From: a virus
Lineage: Duplodnaviria; Heunggongvirae; Uroviricota; Caudoviricetes
Strand: one strand, 5' to 3'
Virus record (IMG/VR): IMGVR_UViG_2913167280_000001
Length of the DNA: 33,660 nucleotides
Numbering within the stretch: position 1 is the first letter of the stretch; every line of letters starts with the position of its first letter. Under the pieces are notes generated by a model, which saw only the letters and a list, made by a program, of their open reading frames with translations, ran no database searches and was not told where the DNA came from. A program made the position numbers and the translations under genes. This document shows, piece after piece, positions 27,643 through 33,660 of the stretch.

Positions 27643-28533
27643 TTACACCAGGTTAAAAGTTTCGCCACCGGCCGGATTGTTGCCCGGCAGCTTCGTGGCG
27701 TCCTTGCTGAGTTCAGCAAATGCGGTTTCCATACTGGTAACCTTCTCCGCGATGGCGTTCACTGTGGAGAACAGCTTTTCGCCCTGCTCGGTGGTCAGCG
27801 TGAAGGTTTTGTCGTCCTTGTTGTTCTGTTCTGCGTTGTCCTGCCCCTGATCGCCGGTGCTGCCTTCCGGCTTGTTATCACCGGTATCTTTCGGGGCATC
27901 CTTCGCGCTGAACTGCGCGACGTTTTCTTCCAGTTTGTTCAGGCGTTCGCCGGTTTTGTTGATGGCGTCCATCAACTGACCGAACTGTTTTTCGTTCATG
28001 TCGTTTTCCTGTTTGTTGCGTCCCACGGAGAAAAGGCCGGAAAAGAAACTGCGTTTGGCCTGCTCGTCGTCAGACTGCAGCGTGAAATTCAGTTCTTCTG
28101 CATTTCCCATGTGAATGGAGTCTCCCTGCGAAAATTGCAGGCGGGTGGTGTTGATGCTGGCCGGTGTGTCAGTCACGGCGATACCGGATACAAAGAATTT
28201 GCCTGTTCCCAGGTAGTTTTCCTTTACCTCTATGGAGGTGAAAAGTTTTTGCCCGGCCTCGTTGGCTTCGGTCAGAAAGCGGTTGGGTATCAGGCGGGCT
28301 TTCAGCTGCACTTTATCGCCGACTTTTTCCGCCTTCAGTGCATCAACAAGACCATAGTTATTGGTGAAAGCACGCCAGCCGGCGCTGGCATGAAACGGCC
28401 AGAGCATGGCGGTGTGTTCGTCCGGGTTATAAACCTCGGCGGCATCCGTCAGCCACTTTGGATCAATTTCCCGACCGTCGATGGTGGGGCCTGAAGTGGC
28501 TACGACCACCCAGTCTGTTTTCAGTTTCGACAT
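27643..28533 (-). CDS. capsid scaffolding protein, P2 gpO-like, 296 aa
   Basis: N-terminal region (TIDGREI, YGLVDALKAEK), TGKFFVSGIAVTDTPAS and METAFAELS match remembered gpO blocks; first gene of the operon divergent from the terminase gene. Confidence 0.8.
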   Translation of the reverse strand: MSKLKTDWVVVATSGPTIDGREIDPKWLTDAAEVYNPDEHTAMLWPFHASAGWRAFTNNYGLVDALKAEKVGDKVQLKARLIPNRFLTEANEAGQKLFTSIEVKENYLGTGKFFVSGIAVTDTPASINTTRLQFSQGDSIHMGNAEELNFTLQSDDEQAKRSFFSGLFSVGRNKQENDMNEKQFGQLMDAINKTGERLNKLEENVAQFSAKDAPKDTGDNKPEGSTGDQGQDNAEQNNKDDKTFTLTTEQGEKLFSTVNAIAEKVTSMETAFAELSKDATKLPGNNPAGGETFNLV

Positions 28534-28616
28534 CTGAATTAACCCGCTGATAAAAATTAAACTGGCGTTATTTAACGGAGAAATGAAAATGTCGTCATCT
28601 GATTAATTTCCGGTAC

Positions 28617-28642
28617 TTTCGGATATGCGTATATATCCGAAA
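28617..28642. promoter_or_regulatory. dyad-symmetric element in the divergent terminase / capsid promoter region
   Basis: Perfect 10-bp inverted repeat TTTCGGATAT-N6-ATATCCGAAA, with partial flanking extension (CGGTA / TACCG). Confidence 0.5.
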
Positions 28643-28727
28643 AATACCGAAAAGCGATATTCGTTTTTAAAAAAGCCTTTGCTGAAAATGCATAAATTAA
28701 AATTGCATCAGCAGGTGAGGTTTATTT

Positions 28728-30515
28728 ATGGCGTATTCTGATGAGGTGATTGCTGCTGCAAAATCGCTCTATCTGAAAAGGCACACACCAAAAGAAATAC
28801 AAAAGAAGCTCGGACTGAACAGCCCGCGAATTGTTTATTACTGGGCGACAAAGTTTGAGTGGTACACACAGCTTAATACTGAAGGCGTGGAAGATGTTAT
28901 CGCCCGTCGTCTCGCTGTACTGGCGGAGCGTGATCATAAAACGCCGGAAGAACACGATGAACTCGATCGCCTGATTGGCCATCACGTCAAACTGATGTCG
29001 GTCAGGAACAAGCACACGGAACGAATGGCCGAGATTGAACGAATGGGAGCGGATATTCCCCAATCTGGTCGTTATGGAAAAGAAGAACGCGGAGAAAAAG
29101 GTGCAGGTAAGAAAGAGCGCCCCCGCAAAGCTAATGACGTTTCCGGACTGACTGCTGAAAGTTTTGAGCCGTTTACGAAAAAGTTGTTTACTTACCAGTT
29201 GCTCCTGCGTGAAAACAAATTCCGCCGTGTACGCAACCTGCTTAAATCCCGCCAGATTGGGGCGACGTATTACTTCGCGTTTGAGGCATTTGAAGATGCA
29301 GTATTAACAGGCGACACACAGATATTTTTATCGGCATCAAAACGTCAGGCCGAAGTGTTCCGTACTTATATTGTAAAAATTGCACAAACAGAGTTTGGCA
29401 TTCCCATTAAAGGCAATCCGGTTAAGTTAAGTAATCTGGCTGAACTGTATTTTCTGGCGACCAACAGTAACACAGCGCAGTCAAACAGCGGCCACCTGTA
29501 TATTGATGAATACCTGTGGATCCCCGGTTTTCGCCGTCTCAATGAAGTGGCGTCAGGGATGGCCACCCATAAACACTGGCGCATTACCTATTTCTCCACG
29601 CCGTCATCCAAAACACACCAGGGTTACCCGTTCTGGTCTGGCGATGAATGGCGCAAAGGCGATCCGAAACGAAAAGGGGTTGAGTTTCCGTCCTTTGATG
29701 AGCTGCGCGATGGTGGGCGTGAATGTCCGGATGGTCAGTGGCGCTATGTGGTTACGCTGGAAGATGCCATTGCCGGCGGCTTTAACCTTGCTGACATCAA
29801 CGAGCTGCGCGAGCGATACAACGAAACAGCGTTCAATATGCTGTTTATGTGTGTGTTTGTGGATGACAAAGAGAGCGTCTTTAAATTTGATGATCTTGTG
29901 CGTTGTGGTGTTGATGTCAGTACGTGGGAGGATTTTCACCCGGAAGAGTCCATGCCATTTGGTAACCGTGAGGTTTGGGGCGGCTTTGACCCTGCGCGCT
30001 CCGGCGATAACGCCACATTTGTAGTGCTGGCACCGCCGCTGGTTGCGGCAGAACGATTCCGCGTGCTGGAAAAACACCACTGGCGCAGCATGTCATTCCA
30101 GTTTATGGCAGAGCGTATACGCAGCATTAAAGCACGCTATAACATGACGTTTATCGGCATTGACGTCACCGGTCTTGGCTACGGTGTCTTTGAGCTGGTT
30201 CAGGGATTTGCCCGCCGTGAAACAGTGGCCATTCATTACAGCGTGGAATCCAAAAACCGCCTGGTGATGAAGATGCTGGATCTGATTTACGCCAACCGTA
30301 TTGAGTGGGATGAAGAAGCCACGGATATTCCGGCATCGTTCCTGGCCATTCGTCAGGAATCCACCAACAGCGGCAATAAAGTCACTTTCACCGCCGAACG
30401 TAGCGAAGAAACCGGGCACGCTGACATCTTCTTTGCCATAGCTCATGCCGCAAGTAATGAACCCCTGAACTATAAGCACAAGCGCAAATCAACATGGATC
30501 CTGTCAGATGAGTAA
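28728..30515 (+). CDS. terminase large (ATPase) subunit, P2 gpP-like, 595 aa
   Basis: N-terminal region typical of gpP-family terminases; Walker B-like LYIDEY; AGGTGAGG Shine-Dalgarno; stop overlaps the portal gene start. Confidence 0.85.
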   Translation: MAYSDEVIAAAKSLYLKRHTPKEIQKKLGLNSPRIVYYWATKFEWYTQLNTEGVEDVIARRLAVLAERDHKTPEEHDELDRLIGHHVKLMSVRNKHTERMAEIERMGADIPQSGRYGKEERGEKGAGKKERPRKANDVSGLTAESFEPFTKKLFTYQLLLRENKFRRVRNLLKSRQIGATYYFAFEAFEDAVLTGDTQIFLSASKRQAEVFRTYIVKIAQTEFGIPIKGNPVKLSNLAELYFLATNSNTAQSNSGHLYIDEYLWIPGFRRLNEVASGMATHKHWRITYFSTPSSKTHQGYPFWSGDEWRKGDPKRKGVEFPSFDELRDGGRECPDGQWRYVVTLEDAIAGGFNLADINELRERYNETAFNMLFMCVFVDDKESVFKFDDLVRCGVDVSTWEDFHPEESMPFGNREVWGGFDPARSGDNATFVVLAPPLVAAERFRVLEKHHWRSMSFQFMAERIRSIKARYNMTFIGIDVTGLGYGVFELVQGFARRETVAIHYSVESKNRLVMKMLDLIYANRIEWDEEATDIPASFLAIRQESTNSGNKVTFTAERSEETGHADIFFAIAHAASNEPLNYKHKRKSTWILSDE

Positions 30516-31542
30516 AAAGAAAAAATACCCCGTGTTACACGATGGCGTGGCAAAAAAAACAGCCAGCAAAATGACTTTTATTGAATTTGGTGACCCGGAA
30601 CCGGTCGCTGCATGGGGCTGTTATTACGGCTCGCTCTGGGATGGCTATAACGGCTGGTACACGCCGCCCATTGAGCGCATGGATCTCGCCATGTTGTCCA
30701 ATATCGCACCGTATCACGGCGCGGTATTGCGTGCGCGCGTCAATATGATCATGCAGGGTTTTCGGGGTGGTGGTGGTATGACACACGCCGCCATGGCGGC
30801 AGCAGTAACCAATCTGCTGATATTCGGGGATATGGGGTTGCTTAAAGTGCGCAATGGCTTCGGTCGGGTGGTGCGCCTGCATACGTTACCTTCTCTGTAC
30901 CTGCGGCGTAACAACGAGGGTGGCACGGTGATTGTGCAGGCAGCACTGGAAGATCTCGTTTATCAGCCAGGCGAAGTGGTGTTCGTAGCCATTTATGACC
31001 CGCAACAGCAGGTTTACGGTGTCCCGGATTATATTCACGGGATGGAATCCGCCATGCTGAATGTGGATGCCACCCGCTTTCGCCGCAAGTATTACAAGAA
31101 CGGCGCACATCTTGGTTATATCCTGTATTCCACTGACCCGGACATGGATCCCGAGCTCGAGGCGGAATTCCGTAAAAAGATAGAGGCGTCAAAAGGGGCG
31201 GGCAATTTTAAATCCATGTTTATCAATATACCGGGCGGAGACAAAGAAGGTGTTAAGGTGATCCCTATCGGGGATTCAGGTACAAAAGATGAGTTCCTGA
31301 ATATAAAAACCATCAGTGCCCAGGATCAGCTCGTTGCGCACCGTTTCCCACCCGGACTTGCCGGCATCATTCCCGCAAATACGGCCGGGCTTGGTGACCC
31401 ACTGAAATCCCGCGAGGCATATTACAGGGATGAGGTTATCCCGATGCGCCGCCTGATTATGGAGGGGATCAACAGCGACCCGGATATCAGACGACTGGGG
31501 GAGGTGAAATTTATTCTTGATTTTGATGAACCCATGGAGTGA
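30508..31542 (+). CDS. portal protein, P2 gpQ-like, 344 aa
   Basis: Same length as P2 gpQ; coupled directly downstream of the terminase gene in the P-then-Q order of P2. Confidence 0.75.
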   Translation: MSKKKKYPVLHDGVAKKTASKMTFIEFGDPEPVAAWGCYYGSLWDGYNGWYTPPIERMDLAMLSNIAPYHGAVLRARVNMIMQGFRGGGGMTHAAMAAAVTNLLIFGDMGLLKVRNGFGRVVRLHTLPSLYLRRNNEGGTVIVQAALEDLVYQPGEVVFVAIYDPQQQVYGVPDYIHGMESAMLNVDATRFRRKYYKNGAHLGYILYSTDPDMDPELEAEFRKKIEASKGAGNFKSMFINIPGGDKEGVKVIPIGDSGTKDEFLNIKTISAQDQLVAHRFPPGLAGIIPANTAGLGDPLKSREAYYRDEVIPMRRLIMEGINSDPDIRRLGEVKFILDFDEPME

Positions 31543-31607
31543 TGTGCGGTATGGGGAAAGAGCGGGTAAAATCGGTGGCAGTAAAACGCTGTTCCGGGAG
31601 GTGGAAA

Positions 31608-31865
31608 ATGCGCAGACAGAAAGCGCGATGTCATTGCTGCGGTGCACATGCAGTGATTGAGAAAACAGCCTGGAAAACCGATCAGTTTGCTGATGTGTAT
31701 TACCGTTGCACCCGTCTCGAGTGCGGACATACCTGGGTGATGAATCTGACCTACTCGCACACACTGGTGCCCAGCGGGCTGGAGAATGGTGTGTTAAAGC
31801 TGTTGATTGAGCGGATGCGTCCGGAAGAAAAACAAATGGCTCTGGAGTTGTTGCAGGCCGGATAG
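31608..31865 (+). CDS. Ogr/Delta-family zinc-finger late-gene activator (putative), 85 aa
   Basis: Cys pattern C-x-C-C...C-x4-C (RCHCCGAH...YYRCTRLECGHTW) resembles Ogr/Delta; GGAGG Shine-Dalgarno before the ATG at 31608. The track ORF starts earlier at a GTG overlapping the portal gene. Confidence 0.55.
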   Translation: MRRQKARCHCCGAHAVIEKTAWKTDQFADVYYRCTRLECGHTWVMNLTYSHTLVPSGLENGVLKLLIERMRPEEKQMALELLQAG

Positions 31866-31885
31866 CTGACGCGCTTTGCTTGTCC

Positions 31886-31935
31886 AACCCGGAACGGGCG
31901 CACAAAGAATTTGCGCACCCGTTCCGGGTTTTCTT
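31886..31935 (+). terminator. long hairpin with T run after the ogr-like gene
   Basis: About 21-bp stem with two mismatches (AACCCGGAACGGGCGCACAAA / TTTGCGCACCCGTTCCGGGTT) followed by TTTTCTT; lies between the convergent ogr-like and Rrf2 genes. Confidence 0.75.
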
Positions 31936-32293
31936 ATTTAATGGCAGACAACTGATAATTTGTGTCTTCCTGCAGGCTGGTTAAAGAAATATTATCCAGT
32001 GCAGCCAGAATAACGTGCTGTGTATATAATCCGGAACATTTCATTGCCCGGACAATATCACCAACACTGTAATTTTCTTTTGTTGGGATATATCCACCAC
32101 CCGGGCCGCGTGTGGCTTTTACCAGGCTACTTTCCCGTAAATATCTGAATATTTGCTCCAGATATGACAGTGAAACGGTTTCTTTGCTTAATTGCCGGAG
32201 CGAGATTGGCTTTCCGGTGTACTGTTTCACAAATTTAATCATTACCATAACTGCAACTGATGCACGCTGGCTTCCGGAATTATCTTTCATCAT
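31934..32293 (-). CDS. Rrf2-family transcriptional regulator, about 119 aa
   Basis: Helix-turn-helix region with SLSYLEQIFRYLRESSLVKATRGPGGGY, matching the Rrf2/IscR signature; only one Cys after the HTH, so probably not an Fe-S type. Start set at the ATG at 32291-32293. Confidence 0.75.
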   Translation of the reverse strand: MMKDNSGSQRASVAVMVMIKFVKQYTGKPISLRQLSKETVSLSYLEQIFRYLRESSLVKATRGPGGGYIPTKENYSVGDIVRAMKCSGLYTQHVILAALDNISLTSLQEDTNYQLSAIK

Positions 32294-32304
32294 GATTACT
32301 TCCA

Positions 32305-32592
32305 TTAATGGCATAAATTGATGGAGCGGGTCAGTGAATAAAGAGGCAATACATTCCATCCCTTAGAGCGCCAGCTGTCTGCAACATCTTTACTTCTTGT
32401 TATCGCCGGCATTCCAATAGGATTATTTGCGTGCATCCATGCCACTGGCTCTGCTTCCAGTGATGCAAGTGCGATTTCCAGTGCGATTAACATATTGTGA
32501 TCGTCTTCATCAAGACCGAACGGGATGTCTTCGCGCCACGATTTAAACTCTGTGATTTTACGTTGTAACCATTCTTTGGTAATGGTGGACAT
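32305..32592 (-). CDS. hypothetical protein, about 95 aa
   Basis: ATG at 32590-32592 with an AGGAG Shine-Dalgarno 5 nt upstream; between the parR-like and Rrf2 genes on the same strand. No recognisable motif. Confidence 0.5.
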   Translation of the reverse strand: MSTITKEWLQRKITEFKSWREDIPFGLDEDDHNMLIALEIALASLEAEPVAWMHANNPIGMPAITRSKDVADSWRSKGWNVLPLYSLTRSINLCH

Positions 32593-32606
32593 AGTTACTC
32601 CTGTTT

Positions 32607-32921
32607 TCACTTCGGAAAAAACGCCTGAATATTCTTCTTCACCTGCTGCATATGGGGGGCGCTGTCTGCTGCTGGTTGCGCCGGTTTTTCAGGCTGTACT
32701 GGTAGCGGTGGCATCCTTATTTCGTCTTCTGACCATTCTGCCAGCGAATACGCCAACGCGGGGATGCGTTTTATAAGAGCCAGTCCGGCCAGAAAAGCCG
32801 CGCGTTGTGCGCGGCTGCGTTCGGAGGCTGGCAGGCTGTCGAGGTAACTGCACGCCTCCCGTTCGCTCTTGACGACGGCGGGCTTCAGATAGAAACTTAT
32901 CCGTCTGGTTGGTGTCGTCAT
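32607..32921 (-). CDS. parR: ParR-like partition adaptor protein, about 104 aa
   Basis: N-terminal YLDSLPASERSRAQRAAFLAGLAL resembles plasmid R1 ParR (from memory); AAGGAG Shine-Dalgarno 7 nt before the ATG at 32921, embedded in the parM 3' end. Confidence 0.65.
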   Translation of the reverse strand: MTTPTRRISFYLKPAVVKSEREACSYLDSLPASERSRAQRAAFLAGLALIKRIPALAYSLAEWSEDEIRMPPLPVQPEKPAQPAADSAPHMQQVKKNIQAFFPK

Positions 32922-32925
32922 TGAT

Positions 32926-33660
32926 TTACTCCTTGTCCATTGCGTACAGCCCATTAACCAGAGCAAACTGTGGCACCCCGTCCGCGATGAAAGTCGCATT
33001 AACTCCGCAGGCTTCGCGGATAGCGGGTGCCACAATCTCCGCTCCTCCACCTACAACCATCACCCGCCCGTAACCCGAAAAACCCGCCAGCGCGCGGATC
33101 ACGCGTTGTTTCAGTGTTTCCTCCTTTTCACGAATAACTGCCATCAGGCTGGCGTAATGCGCGTCATTGTGGATGTGCTGGCGCAACCAGGCTTCATCGT
33201 GGCGATGTTCGATAATGGTATTGGCGATGTGGTGACTGGTGCGCATACCGTTGGTGGCCATCACCGACAGCACGGCGTCGGCCATCAGAGAAACGCCTAC
33301 GTGTGGATCGCAAAACACCTGGCTGATACCTGCCAGTTGCCCCTGAACCTTTGCCACATCCAGCGTGGTTCCGCCCAAATCCACAATCAGCAGGGATTCA
33401 AACGGACTCATGTCAGCCAGTGCTTTAAAGCCAGCCGGAATGGATTCAGGCATAACCCGCACGTTACGGATAGTGAATGCCTCGCCGTTCTGGTACTCCA
33501 CCTGGCGCATAACGTTCGCTTTTTTGCGGTTGATGTTGGCCATGTCCGGCTGTGCGTTTGTGTCGAAATACTCGCTCAGTGGCAGGGTGACAACCACATC
33601 CACCTCCTGTGGCGTGATGCCTGATTTGACCAGCGCATGATGAATGGCAATGACATTCAC
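32926..33660 (-). CDS. parM: ParM/StbA-like actin-type segregation ATPase, C-terminal about 244 aa (N-terminus beyond the window edge)
   Basis: Actin-fold motifs LLIVDLGGTTLD and MVVGGGAEI, plus VMPESIPAGF, match remembered ParM of plasmid R1. The ORF is open to the window edge. Confidence 0.75.
   Translation of the reverse strand: MNVIAIHHALVKSGITPQEVDVVVTLPLSEYFDTNAQPDMANINRKKANVMRQVEYQNGEAFTIRNVRVMPESIPAGFKALADMSPFESLLIVDLGGTTLDVAKVQGQLAGISQVFCDPHVGVSLMADAVLSVMATNGMRTSHHIANTIIEHRHDEAWLRQHIHNDAHYASLMAVIREKEETLKQRVIRALAGFSGYGRVMVVGGGAEIVAPAIREACGVNATFIADGVPQFALVNGLYAMDKE

Larger units (their letters stand above)
6391..33660. mobile_element. prophage, partial (runs past the right window edge); P2-type head module with a rearranged contractile tail module
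   Basis: Continuous block of phage structural, packaging, lysis and accessory genes starting right after the raiA terminator, where pheL/pheA would be expected in E. coli K-12. The left boundary is inferred; the right boundary is not in the window. Confidence 0.85.

Noticed and set aside
27607-28494. 295-aa plus-strand ORF
   Set aside because: Antisense to the scaffold gene, whose identity is supported by conserved blocks.

Overview
The window is an Enterobacteriaceae (E. coli-like) chromosomal segment: rRNA operon promoters and leader at the left edge (minus strand, 16S lies just outside the window), then clpB, pgeF(yfiH), rluD, bamD and raiA. Immediately after the raiA terminator (about 6391) a prophage begins and runs to the right window edge, where it is cut inside a parM-like gene. 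The prophage has a P2-type head/packaging module (terminase P, portal Q, scaffold O, capsid N, small terminase M, head completion L) and a long minus-strand contractile-tail operon: sheath, tube, a holin-like and M15 peptidase pair, a tail chaperone with a -1 frameshift site, tape measure, W/J/I-like baseplate proteins, two tandem tail-fibre plus chaperone cassettes, and a terminal spike-domain protein. The most interesting parts are accessory: a Mu com-like zinc-finger gene overlapping a beta-class DNA methyltransferase with three clustered GATC sites upstream; a 1-kb ORF-poor region dense in GATC sites, repeats and palindromes; an AT-rich divergent gene; and a ParM/ParR partition operon with an Rrf2 regulator inside an integrated prophage. 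All family assignments rest on motifs and synteny read by eye; no database search or HMM was run, and several gene starts are uncertain because the ORF track reports GTG/TTG starts as M.
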